The notes under the pieces: model-generated
What the model was told of the DNA's origin: nothing
Database searches by the model: none
The model's input: only the letters and a program-made list of their open reading frames with translations
Part shown: one piece after another, positions 1 through 12,469 of the stretch
How the letters are laid out: the number at the start of each line of letters is the position of its first letter
Position numbering within the stretch: position 1 is the first letter of the stretch
Position numbers and translations under genes: made by a program
Assembly (NCBI RefSeq): GCF_036321535.1
Contig: NC_087437.1
Coordinates: 80,354,001-80,418,000 of the forward strand
Reading direction: 5' to 3'
From: Camelus dromedarius
Taxonomy: Eukaryota
Length of the DNA stretch: 64,000 nt

Positions 1-149
1 TTTATCATCTATTATAGTCTTGTTTTTCCTAGGGTCTATTTAATTATCTTACTAAAAGTATTTTAAAGATTTAATTTCAAAACAGGAGAAAGAGAGCTGG
101 CCTAAGGTGGGTAGGAAAGAATGATAGAAATTTATCACACAATATCAGT

Positions 150-310
150 GTTCCTTTAGAATTAATGTCTAAAAGAGGAATTGGTGTCAAATAGATTTCG
201 TATTTACGACTTTATATATATGTTGTCAAATTTCCGTCTGTCAATATTGTGATTTCAAAACTCCATCTAGTAGTATATGAGAGAGTTTGGTTTCTTGCAA
301 CAGCTTAAAA
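150..310 (-). mobile_element. Old L1 (L1ME-like) fragment
   Basis: Degenerate match to antisense L1 ORF2 3' region (ctaaaagaggaattggtgtcaaa...tagtagtatatgagagagt); boundaries approximate. Confidence 0.5.
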
Positions 311-659
311 CCTAATTAAACATTTTTAATTGTGTTTTTTGAAAATCCACATAGCTGTATTTTTTTCTGAATATAAAGGTACTATATGTATTCACTGAAA
401 ACATTCTCAAAATAAGCATGAAGAGAAAAAATAAGTAAAGTATAAAGAGAAATTCACCATACAACTCTCTAAATTCTAATCTCTGTGTTAAGATCAGAAA
501 TGGAAACTATTCTCCTTTTTCTGTACTTCCCCTAACTGTCCTTGAACTTAAAAACTGACTTTTAAAGCTATCACCACATGACTAGAGGAATGTCCAGAAG
601 TCAGAAGGAACTGCTAGTCCTGCCTGGGTGTTATCTTACCTTCAGAAAACACCCCCAGA

Positions 660-703
660 TTGTAAATCAATTACAATCAATAAAAAATTTTTAAAAAGAA
701 AAT
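660..703 (+). mobile_element. 44-bp extremely 5'-truncated L1 3' tail insertion
   Basis: ttgtaaatcaattacaatcaataaaaa plus A-rich tail; perfect 14-bp TSD aaaacacccccaga at 646-659 and 704-717. Confidence 0.75.
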
Positions 704-774
704 AAAACACCCCCAGAGTAACAGTGGTGGGACCATTGTCATCAGAGTTGCTCAGAGCTGCTTTAATTGTTGCC

Positions 775-935
775 ACATCCCAGCTGTGTGACCTGGGTGT
801 GATTCTAAGCATCTATTTCCTCTCTATAAAAGGAGATAATACCCATATCAATGGGCTTTTGTGAGAACTAGATGAAACAACATATGGATGGCGTTTGACA
901 ATGCTGAGCACACAGTAGGTACTCAAGAGAAGATG
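775..935 (+). mobile_element. MIR SINE
   Basis: cagctgtgtgacctggg...tttcctctctataaaaggagataata...cacagtaggtactcaa core and tail motifs. Confidence 0.75.
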
Positions 936-2119
936 GCTCCCTGCCCCTCTCCTAACTTCATCTTTCCTGAGAGAGCCCAGTAGTGTATGAGTAGCGAAGC
1001 CACACTCCTTGTCCTTCACTGGGCAACAAGACCAAGACAGGACTTGACTTTACTAGGGGTAGTGGCCACACAGGTTTCCCAGTCACCCCCCTCATTGACC
1101 TTTGACCAAAGGTGACTTCTGTGGAAACTACTCACAAGGTTTAAGAGAACAATTAGTGATCCAAGACCTTCCTCCTATATAATCTTTTCTAGTGATCCCT
1201 TTCCATCTGTCATTTCTCCTGAAGTCTGGCAGACAGTTGGTTCAAGTGCATATCAGTACCTCCTCAAGGCAGAGGCAGCTGAAGAGTCTAGTCCTATTAC
1301 AAAGCTACTGTAGTAGAATCATCCAAACCACCTCTTGTCTTTCTAAGAGTGGAGGTGCATTTAAGGATTACAGGGAAGTGATTTGAACCAGACATCATTT
1401 ATCATCAGTCAGTGTGACAACACATTTTAATGCAACTCAGAGCCACAGAATCAATGAATACTGAGTTACCAATATTAATCAGCTATTCGTTCAAGAGACT
1501 GTAAGGTCAGAGTATCGTGTTGAGCATTGACAATCAGTAACATCTGAGGCTACAAAATTTGCAATTCACAAGAACTGAGGAGCTATAAATTTTATTATTA
1601 CAGTGAGCGGGCCTAAAAAAAGAGTGTGGGGTTAGGTCAAAAATATCAACAGGGAAGGGGTTAAAGGAAAAGAAATACTGGAAATAGAAGAAGAGAGAAA
1701 TATTAAGAAAGGAATTGCCCCTGAGGGGCAGTCCTCCCTGTCCCCAAGGTCTAAGCAGTGAGCCTCAGTCCTTGTAGAATCTCCTGGCCATGGAAACCCA
1801 GAGCCACCTCAAGAACCTGAAGGTCATATTTATATTTTTAAAGAGAATCAACCCTCAAAAGAACTGTTTCATTTTCTTATAAGACTTTCTAAGACTACAT
1901 ATTTACATACTTCACAAATATATATTGTCAACTTTCTTTATTTAATCTTTTAGAGGGTTTCCTAATCTCCAGAACTTTTGGGTAGGAAGGAATGCTTTGA
2001 GAAAAAGATATATTCTTCTCCCCCTGTATAAACTCCTAGAGAGTGACTCTGATGTATTTGATGGCACATACTTTTAAAATATCAATGGGAGAACCAGGTA
2101 TTTAGAATCTGAAACTATT

Positions 2120-4125
2120 GAAGGAGTGGCCAGGGTGGTAGAGTAGGAAGAAACTGAGTTCACCTCCTCCCATAGGCACACCAAAAGTGCAACTATTTAC
2201 AGAGCAACTATTGATGAGAAAACCTGGAAGACTAGCAGACAAGACCTACAACTAAAAATATAAAGAAGGAGCCACAAGAAGACAGAGATGTGGTCTAGTT
2301 AAGACCACACACACGCACCTCCCCAGGTGGGCAACCCACAAACAGGAGCCCACAGCTGCCCCAGGATTGGCCCTGCCCACCAGAGCACCCAGGACCTGGC
2401 CCCACATACCAGGGTGTCAGCACCAGTGCCAGGAAACCCAGAGCCCTGCAGTCAGAGACCCTGGGGCCCTGCTCCACCCACCAGTGGGCATGCACCAGCC
2501 CTAGGATCCCCTGTGCCCTGGTCCCACCCACCAGTGGGCCAACAAAAGCCCCAGGACCCGCTGGACACTGACCCTGCCAATACCAGCTCTGGGACACATT
2601 GAGCCTCGCAGCCAGTCAGCCTGGGATCCAGCCCCACCAACCAATGAGCTAACTCCAGCTTTAGGGCAACCCAGACTGTGCAGCCAGCCATGTCAGGAAC
2701 TGACCCTGCACACCAGCAGGCCAACACTAGTCCTAGGACACCCCAGTGCCCTGCAGCCAGCAGCCTCATGACCCAACCCTGCCCACCAACGGCCAGTCAC
2801 CTCCACACAAGGCAGGACCTGGCAAGCAACCAGACCAGGGGCTAGCCACACATACCAGAACATCCACAGTACTAGCTCGCCACAACAGAAAGGCCCACAC
2901 AACCCGAACAGGGGAGACCACTAGAGCATATAGTTCTGGTGACCAGAAGAGCATACATTGCTGTGGTGCATAGGATGTCTCCTACAAAAGGCCACTTCAC
3001 CAAAGTGGGGAAACATTACCAACCTATCAGATACATAAAAATAAAAACAGCAAATTAGGTAAAATGAGGCAACAGAGGAATATGTTCAAAACAAAGGAAT
3101 AAGATAAACCCCAAAAGAACTAAGTAGAGATAGACAATCTAGCCAATAAAATGTTCCAGACAATGAGAGTAAAGATGCTCAAAGAACTTGGAAGAAGATT
3201 GGATGAACAGAGTGAGAAGTCAGAAATTTTTAGCAAAGAGTTAGAAAATGTAAAGAAGAACCAAACAGAAAAGAAGAATACAGTAACTGAATTGGAAGAT
3301 ACACTAGAAGGAATCAACAGTAGGTTAGATAATACAGAGGAAGGGATTGGTGCTCTGAAAGACAGAGTAATGGAAATCATTCAAGCTGAACAGAAAAAAG
3401 AAAAAACTAACAAGAAATGAGGACAACATCAAGCATACTAACATTCACCTTATAAGGATCCCAGAAGAAGAGAGGGAAAGGAGCAGAGAATGTATTTGAA
3501 GACATAATGGCTGAAAATTTCCCCAAAGGAAACAGGCATCCTGGTCCAGGAAGCACAGAGAGCCCCAAACAAGTTCAGCCCAAAGAGGACCACACCAAGA
3601 CACACTGTAGTCTAAATGACAAAAATTAAAGAATATTAAAAGAAAAAGGAAAAAGCAACAAGTTACATCACGGGGAACTCCCATAAGGCTATCAGCTGAC
3701 TTTTCAACAGAAACTCTGCAGGCCAGAAGGGAGTGGCATGACATATTTGAAATGATGAAAGGGGAAAACCTAACCAAGAATACTCTACCCAGCAAGGCTT
3801 TCGATCAGATTTTATGGGGAGATGAAAAGTTTTACAGGGCAGAAAAAGCTAAACCCCAGCTTTGCTTGCTATCAGCACACCAAACCAGCTTTACAAGAAA
3901 TGTTAAAGGAAATTCTCTAAGTGAAAAAGAAAAGTCCACAACTAGAAACACGAAAATTATGAAAGGAAAACTCTCATTGGTAAAGGAATATAAGGTAAAG
4001 GTAGTAAATCACCCATGTATAAAGCTAGTAGGAAGGTGAAAAGACACAAGTTGTAAAATCATCTATATCTGCAGTAAGTAGTTAAGGGACATATGAAACA
4101 AGTAGACAAGTGCAAAGATATTACA
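2120..4125 (+). mobile_element. L1 5'UTR plus disrupted ORF1, 3'-truncated (no ORF2)
   Basis: GC-rich repetitive 5'UTR 2120-3000; ORF1 remnants (3151-3420 KELENVKKNQTEKKNTVTELEDTLEGINSRL; gggaactcccataaggctatcagctgacttttcaacagaaactctgcaggccagaagg); homologous to 59521-61793. Confidence 0.85.
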
Positions 4126-4299
4126 TAGTTATGGACTAGATTCCCCGCACTGCACACAGCAATCGGTGTATACATGAGGTTATTTTAAGTTGCTGATCTC
4201 TTAAATTCAAACACATTTTAACAACCCTGCATTTTTACTCCCTGCAGCACGTGAACTGTTTCTGATGTCACATTTTATGCCTTTTGGGGCTTTGTGGCC

Positions 4300-4487
4300 T
4301 ACTGAGCTCAGCTTGACCTAGAACAAATTGTTGAAGCTTCCTAAGCCTAAGGCACTAGTGTGCAAAATAGAGGTAACAAGATGTACACCAAGTGATTGGT
4401 GTGAAGATAAAAGATAATATACATGGAGCAAATGATGTAAAAATCTGGTATATAGTAGGTGCTCAATAAATGATAGATATTATTTTT
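4300..4487 (+). mobile_element. MIR SINE
   Basis: ttgacctagaacaaatt...gtgaagataaaagataatat...tagtaggtgctcaataaatg. Confidence 0.7.
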
Positions 4488-5139
4488 AATATTTCTACTA
4501 TTACTCAAGAGGTTATTTGGTGCTTAATGAACTGTGCCTTCAATTAAACTGAGAAGCTATGAGATGATGTTGATGTCTTTATGGCCTGAGTAGCAGAAAT
4601 CATCTTGTCTCCTTTTTTCACTTCACCAAACTAGAGAAAGTTTTTGCCCACAGTCTCCCTGTCAGGTCTCTTGGTTTTCTGTTCACTCACCCTGCTTCAG
4701 GTATAATTTATCTGAGATGGAAGTAAGTTTGCTTTTCTTATCTGGTTCAATAAGATGGAGCTCTATTTTTAAATACATAAGTGATTAATATACAGAACAC
4801 ACGTTTCAAAGCTAACAATCTAAAAACAAAATAAATGCCAAAGGACAACACTTTGATAGCATGTTCATTAATATCTAACTGATGGTGCTTATTTCAATAC
4901 CAAATCTTGATAACTCTCTCTACTTTCATTAATTTAAGTCCCTTCACTGAAATTGTAACCAAATCAAGGATCTGGGGCTTCCAGCCCTCTTAGTATCTTT
5001 CTAATGGTGATTCTTCTCATCAGTTTCTAGTTTCCCTCCTCTAGTTAACTGAAGGATAGACTTTTAATTTCCTTTCTCCCCTTCTCATCTACAGTCACAG
5101 AAACACAACTCTCCACATCTCTGCACTTGATACAGTCCA

Positions 5140-5285
5140 GGAACCAACATTTGAGGTGCTTGCACTGGATCCCTGCAACTAACTAGCAGACTGTGAAGTT
5201 TGAGGCCAGTCATGTGACCTCTCTGAGACTCAGTGCCTTCACATTCAGAACTATGTGGACTCCAGAGGACACTGAGGATCAGAGA
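5140..5285 (+). mobile_element. MIR fragment
   Basis: ctgtgaagtttgaggccagtcatgtgacctctctgagactcagt core-like segment. Confidence 0.55.
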
Positions 5286-6225
5286 ATCTATGACTTCATG
5301 ATTCCTCATCTTGCCAACTGTCATGTATAAATGAAGCTTAAAATGGTCAACTTTAAAGTTAACAACAACAATAATAATAATATGGGAAAATAAATTCAGT
5401 AAAGCTAGGCCTCTTGCACAGACAATCAAAATATAACAGGAATCTCTGACAGACTCATTTGCTCCAACTTTTTGGAACCCAATCAAAAAAGAAATCAGTA
5501 TTTTAGGGGTCTCTAATGAGTCCCTTTCCTTAGTTTTTGATTCATGTGTGTCTGTGTGCTTTGTCCCTCTTAAGAGTGTAAGTCCCTCCAGGAATGGGAA
5601 TAGATCTTTTTCTAGCTCAATGTTTATCATACAATAATCCAACAAGAAACACTTGATGACTGATCAGTGACTTACCAATTAATAAATGTGTCTTTTCTTG
5701 ACAGAGTCATGCAGATCCCATTTGACAGCCCTGTTTAAAAAACATATGAAATGCATTGAACATCTTGATTTTTATTTCATATATGGAAGGCGAGTCTCCA
5801 TGGTTTACTCTTTTATTAGGAAAGCTAAGCTATAAATAACTTGATCTTGTCCCGGCGCCTATGCCAAATCACATGCACCTCACCTGTGAACGCCACGCTT
5901 TGTGCTTCATGTACCACCTGTTCTTTAGTAGTTCCACATTTCAAGACATTGTATGTGGTGACACAGACTTTATAACCTAATATAAATGCACACAGTTAAA
6001 AAATGCTCATATTTTATAATTCATTCAAAATCAGAATTCTAAACTTCTTTTAAATAGAAAAGGATAATACCTTTACTAATTCCTAACCCTTGTTAAATTC
6101 TTCTCCATTCTTATTCCTAGGCTGCATAGCATTGCTGAAAACATTTTTTACAAACCCCATACTCAAAAGTATCCTGGCATAAAATAAAGGACAAATATAA
6201 ATAATCTGTAATTCAAATACTAATG

Positions 6226-6384
6226 GGGGGGTATAGTTCAGTGATAGAGTGCATGCTTAGCATGCACGAGGTTCTGGGTTCAATCCCTAGTACCACCTCC
6301 AATAAAATAAATAAGTAACCTAATTACCTCCCTCCCCTCAAAAATAAAAATAAATAAATAATATTTTTTAAAAGTTTATCTAAA
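6226..6384 (+). mobile_element. tRNA-derived SINE, camelid Vic-1-like
   Basis: A box tagttcagtgat, B box gggttcaatccc, gcatgcttagcatgc stem, A-rich tail; TSD aaatactaatg (6215-6225) / aaatactgatg (6385-6395). Confidence 0.85.
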
Positions 6385-7229
6385 AAATACTGATGAATAA
6401 TACATGTGCTTAAAGTTAAAGCTAAGGTAAAACTTAAGAAAATTTGAAACTTTTCGAAAATTCATTTCCCTTAGTTATTTCTGGCTTTCAATTGCTATAA
6501 TTAAAGGCACTGGTTTCTCATGAACATCAAAGACAGCAGACAGACACTATAAAGTGCTTGAGAAAATCTTGTTTTTCGGTTTATTGAATTCTAGACTCAT
6601 CTGTGCTCATCACTAACTTGAGATTTATTTTGAGTTACTTATTGTAATTGCCAGCGTCCCTTATTACTATATTTTCCTTTCCCACACTCAACACCAATTA
6701 ACTCTTTTATTCTAGCCAACTCATTTAACCTGTCTGGCTAATTCTGTTAGGTTCTTTCTTTCCATTCATCAAGCTCACAAGAATGTAGTGAAAATTTGGG
6801 AGACTTCAAAGACTTGAAGAATATTAAATGAAAAAGCTATTTAATGGTGATGTAGTGGAGGTGCTAAAAAGATAGAAATTAGAGAAGATATGGGTACAAT
6901 GACACCCAGTTTACACCCAGATACATGAGCCAACACTCAGCCTTGTGCTCTGTGGAATCCAACTGATTGTGAACTAGCTCACCTACATCCTCAGCCTTCT
7001 CTTGGATCATTCCTAAACCCTGACCTGGGCCCAACAGCAGGTCAAAACTCCCCAGCAGTGTCTACTCCTACCACTTCTCAGAATTACATTAGTTTAGGAA
7101 GAAACATACTCTGACCTCCTCCCAACCACTGCCATACCACCCCTCTACCACCAGCTCTCAGCAATGCCTAGCCTTTTGACTCCCTGTTCCCTCTTTACTA
7201 TTTTCCACCGATCTCTGGGCCCTTCATTC

Positions 7230-7810
7230 TCTCTCTTGACAGTTTAGCCTTGGGCGTGCAGTCTTCTCTCAGCTGATTCATGGCCACATCTTGTTCATCT
7301 CAACGTCCATGTGAATGGCCCTTTCCACACTCCAGCCTTGGCACTCTTACACCACCTGTACACCTCCGCTGAAGCCCCCACACCTACCTTTGGATCTGTT
7401 CTTCTGCCGAATTGCTCCCTTACCAGATCTTAAATTTCCCATCTTTGACCACAACATATCCTTCCCCCTTTTCCATATCTACTGAAATTGCTGCTCGCTC
7501 ACTCACCTTCAACCACAGCTTTCAGCCTATTCGTTCCTCCCCTACCTCATCACCTCCATTATTTGCCTTCTTATCCACCCTTGGCTCTGACAGTGAACGT
7601 TAATACAATTCCTGTTAGTACTCCAGAATCCCTCGTGCCTTCCTACTTCCATGACGCTGACTTTGGCAAGTCCCAGCTCTGAGCAAACTGTCATCCACTC
7701 CCTCTGCTCACATATCAGGCTGCTGAATATTAATGAAGAAAATCTCAAACTTGGGTTACTTGTTTTCATTCCAAAATCACACCATCAGGCCCAACAAGCT
7801 TCTAACCCAG
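7230..7810 (+). mobile_element. L2 ORF2 endonuclease-region relic
   Basis: Degenerate L2 motifs in the expected order: ctcaacgtccatgtgaat (LNVHVN), ttggatctg (LDL), aattgctcc (NCS), tttgaccacaac (FDHN). Confidence 0.55.
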
Positions 7811-8514
7811 CAAGAACAAGAAAGAAGGGAGAACACACAAATACCTATCACTGAGTGAAGTCTACTCCACTCAGGAAAGGATATGTGGAAACCACGGGAA
7901 ATGGAAGTACCCAGCCAACCCCAGCCCAACCCAGCCTCACCTCTCTTAGATCCTTCCCCCTACGCTTTCTGGAGTTCCCCAGGCATGTTCTCCTCATAAG
8001 TCACTGCTTCCTGTCTATCATTACCTCAGTATTTTGCATCAGGGAAGACTAAGTACCTTGAGGTAAGGAATCTCCAAAATTGAGTTGAGGTTAATTAGCC
8101 TATGAAGCATATGTGGCCATGAATTTCAAGTTCCTTAATTACAGAGACGAGATGATAATTAATTCAGTTCAGTCTGACAGACATTAGTTAAACAGCTACT
8201 ATGCCCCTCAAAAGTACGGCAGAGCCCTTGCCACTTAATCAGCAAACTTTGTAAACCAAGAACAAGAAAGAATTTCACAGCTCTTGCTCTGTAACAGAAA
8301 GACCACTATCAAGCCACATGCTGATTACATCATTTTTCAGTGTATTAAATGCTTTATTTCATAAACCTTTTCCTCATCTTCTTCCCCAGTATCTTCTGTG
8401 AGAAAATTAGCCTTGACATTTATTTTAAAAGATCTTTGGTATTTCACAATCTATTACTGCTCTAGCGGTCTGTCCTCTAAACTAATCTGATTGTCATTTT
8501 AATTGGCACTTCTT

Positions 8515-9687
8515 TTTTTTAACATTTTTTATTGATTTATAATAATTTTACAATGTTGTGTCAAATTCCAGTGTAGAGCACAATTTTTCAGTTATACATG
8601 AACATATATATATTCATTGTCACATTTTTTTCTCTGTGAGCTACCATAAGATCTTGTATATATTTCCCTGTGCTATGCAGTATAATCTTGTTTATCTATT
8701 CTACAATTTTGAAATCCCAGTCAATCCCTTCCCACTCCCCGCCCCCTTGGCAACCACAAGTTTGTATTCTATGTCTATGACTCTGTTTCTGTTTTGTATT
8801 GATGCTTTGTTTGTTTGTTTGTTTGTGTGTTTGTTTAGATTCCACACATGAGTGATCTCATATGGTATTTTTCTTTCTCTTTCTGGCTTACTGCACTTAG
8901 AATGACATTCTCCAGGAACATCTATTTTGCTGCAAATGGCATTATGTTGTTGGTTTTTATGGCTGAGTAGTATTCCATTGTATAAATATATCACTTCTTC
9001 TTTATCCAGTCATCTGTTGATGGACATTTAGGCTGTTTCCATGTCTTGGCTATTGTAAATAGTGCTGCTATGAACATTGGGGTGCAGGTGTCTTTTTGAA
9101 GTAGGATTCCTTCTGGATATACGCCCAGGAGCAGGATTCCTGGGTCATACGGTAAGTCTATTCCTAGTCTTTTGAGGAATCTCCATACTGTTTTCCACAG
9201 TGGCTGCACCAAACTGCATTCCCACCAGCAGTGTAGGAGGGTTCCCCTTTCTCCACAGCCTCTCCAGCATTTGTCATTTGTGGACTTTTGAATGATGGCC
9301 ATTCTGACTGGTGTGAGGCGATACCTCATCGTAGTTTTGATTTGCATTTCTCTGATAATTAGTGATATTGAGCATTTTTTCATGTGCCTATTGATCATTT
9401 GTATGTCTTCCTTGGAGAATTGCTTGTTTAGCTGTTCTGCCCATTTTTGGATTGGGTTGTTTGTTTTTTTCTTATTAAGTCGTATGAGCTGCTTATATAT
9501 TCTGGAGATCAAGCTTTTGTTGGTTTCATTTGCAAAAATTTTCTCCCATTCCGTAGGTTGTCATTTTGTTTTACTTATGGTTTCCTTTGCTGTGCAGAAG
9601 CTTGTAAGTTTCATTAGGTCCCATTTGTTTATTCTTGCTTTTATTTCTATTGCTTGAGTAGACTGTTCTAGGAGAACATTTTTGAGA
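8515..9687 (-). mobile_element. Young 5'-truncated camelid-type L1 (ORF2 C-terminus plus 3'UTR)
   Basis: ORF 8991-9512 is the L1 ORF2 C-terminal region ([39 protein letters not shown]); 17-bp TSD with 1 mismatch at 8498-8514 / 9688-9704. Confidence 0.93.
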
Positions 9688-12469
9688 TTTAATTTGCACT
9701 TCTTGAATAACAAATGATGCAGAACATCTTTTCATGCACTTATTACCTATTTGCCATTTATAAATCTTCTTAGGTGAAATGTCCATTCAAATCTTTTTCC
9801 TTTTTGTCAGGTTTTGTGTTTTTTTACTGTTGGATTTTGAGAGTTTATATACTTGAATACAAATCTGTTATCAAATAGGACTTGCAAATATTTGATGCCA
9901 ATCTGTGGCTTGTCTGCTCTCTTAACACTGTCTTTCAAAAAGCAGAAGTTTTTCGTTTTGATTGGGTTCAATTTAGGAACTTTTTCTTTTATAAATTGGG
10001 CTTTTGGTGCCATATCTATAAAACCTTTGCCTAATCTAAGTTTCAAAATATTTTCTCTTAAGTTTTCTCATAGACATTTTATAGTTTTAGTTCTTATATT
10101 TAGGTCTATGGTCCATTTTGAATCAAGCTTTGTATATGATACAAAATATGAATTTAAGCTCTTAGTTTTGCATAAAAATATCCAATTGTCCTAGCACTAC
10201 TGGTTGAAAAGCCCCACCTCTCTCCAGTGAATTGCCTTGTGCCCTCAGTTGTCCACATATGTGTGTGGATCTATTTTTGCACCCTCTGTTCTATTACATT
10301 CATCTATTTGTCTATCTTTATATCGTTAGCACACCGTCTAGATTACCATAATTTCTAAGACTTTCTTGAAATCAGATAATATTTGGCCTCCAACTTTGAT
10401 CTTTTTCTGTTGCGTTGGTTATTTTAGGTCTTTTGTCTTTTTCATTTGAATTTTATAATTATCTTGCAATTCATATGTAAAAACATGTGGGAATTTTGAT
10501 TGGGATTATACTGAAATTCTAGATCATTTTGAGGAGAATTGACATCATGGCAACACTGACTCTCCTGACCTATGAATGCTGTGTATCTCTCCGTTATTGA
10601 GTTCTTCTCAATGATGTTTTGTAGATTTTAGTATACAGGTCTTACATTTTATCAAATACAATTCTAAGTATTTTCATACTTTTGATGTTACTTTAAATGG
10701 CTTTTTTTTCAGTTTCTGATTGTTCGTTACTAGTATATACAAATACAATTGATTTTTGTGTATAGATGTTGTAGCTTGCAACCTTGATAACTCATTCATT
10801 AGATCTAGAAGTTTTTTTAGACATTGAATTCTCTACATGGAATAGTATGTTGTCTGCAAATAAAGTTAGTTTTATTTCTTCTTTCCAAACTGAATGTCTT
10901 TTTCCCCCTTTGGTTTGTGCTGTAAATTTTCTTATAACTACTATTTTAGCAGCATCCAAAGATTTTCATATGTTGTGATTTCATTTTCATTCAGTTCACA
11001 GTAATTTCTGATTATAATTGGGGATTTGTCTATTTTCCTTTTGATTTCTTCTTTGGCCCATGAGTAATTTAGAAATGTGTTGTTTGGTTTCTAAATATTT
11101 GGTGATTTTCCAGAGATCCTTCTGTTACTGATTTCTAAGGTAATTCTACTGTGGCCAGAGAACATATTTTGTATGACTTCTATTTTTTTAAAGATATTCA
11201 GACTTTAATAGCCTGGAATGTAATCTTTGTAAACATTCTATATGCATTTGAAAATAAATGTCTGCACTTGAAAATAAGCTGCTCGTCTTGAGTGTTCTAT
11301 AAATGCCAATTAGGTCAGGCTGCTTAAATGTCTTGTTCAAGTCACAGGTCTTAACTAGTTCTCTGTCTACTTGCTTTACCAACTATTGAGAGAATTATAA
11401 TGAAATATCTGACTATTTCTCCTTGCAGTTCTATCTGTTTTTGTTTCATGTCTTTTGAAGCAAAGCTCTCTGCTCTATTATTGAGAGCATGAACCTTTAG
11501 GAATGTTATTTCTTCCTGATAAATTGACACCTTTATTATTATGTAATGACCTTCTTTATTCCAGGTAATAGTCTTTGCTCTGAAATCTACTTTATCTGTT
11601 ATTAATATAGGCACTCCACTTTTCTTTTAAATAATGTTAACACATCATTTTCCAACCTTGTATTTTTTTTAATTTTTTTGTGCCTTTGTATTTAATGTGC
11701 ATTTCTTATAGCCAGCATATAGTTAGGTCTTCCTGTTCATCCAGTGCGACAACTTCTACCTTTTAATTGGGGTGCTTAGTCCATTTACAATTAATGTGAC
11801 TACTGATACAGTTAGATTGAAGCTTATCATCTTGCTGCCTTTTTTCTATCTGTCCCATATAATCTTTACTCCTTTTTTCATTTTCTGTCTTTTTTAAATT
11901 AATTAAACATTTTTATAGTTGCTTTTTATCTCCTTTGTTGACAATATTAACTAATACTTCTATTTCAACAGTATACTTTCATCTGCCCATTCCAGCTTTG
12001 GTGGCATGTTTGTCACACATTTTACTTCTATATAAGTATATTAGTTTTCTAGTTTTCTGCATAACAAATTACTGTCAATGTAGAGGCTTAACAGGACACC
12101 CATTTATAATCTCACAGTTCTATAAGAAATCTGAGATGACCTGGCTAGGTTTTTTGCTCTGGGTCTCACAGGCTGAAATCAAGATATCAGCCCACTGTGT
12201 TCTTACCTGGAGCATGGGGTCATCTCCCAACCTTATTTCTGTTACTGACAATATTTAATTCTTCATGGTTTTAGTGCTGAGGTCCCCATTTCCTTCTTGA
12301 TGGTAGACAAGGGGTCATTCTCAGCTCCTCGTGGCCACTCTCCAATCTTTGCACATGAACCCCTTCATCTACAAAGCCAGCACCAATATATCAAATCTTC
12401 CTTGTGCTTTCAGTCCCTCTGCCTTCCTCTCAGCTACACCCTGCTTTTAAAAGAACTCATATGATTTCA

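Noticed and set aside
1193..1313. Plus-strand terminal-exon-like segment (DPFPSVISPEVWQ...PITKLL*)
   Set aside because: Only an acceptor-like site and a short open frame; no recognised homology or linked exon
2295..2973. Cluster of overlapping Pro/Gly-rich ORFs on both strands
   Set aside because: They lie in a GC-rich repetitive L1 5'UTR where stop codons are scarce
5085..5645. Longest ORF in the track (186 aa, minus strand)
   Set aside because: Non-ATG start, runs across MIR- and L2-like relics, no recognisable domain; probably a chance ORF
6226..6300. Possible tRNA gene
   Set aside because: Followed by a SINE body, A-rich tail and TSD, with a second diverged copy at 13066; it is a SINE
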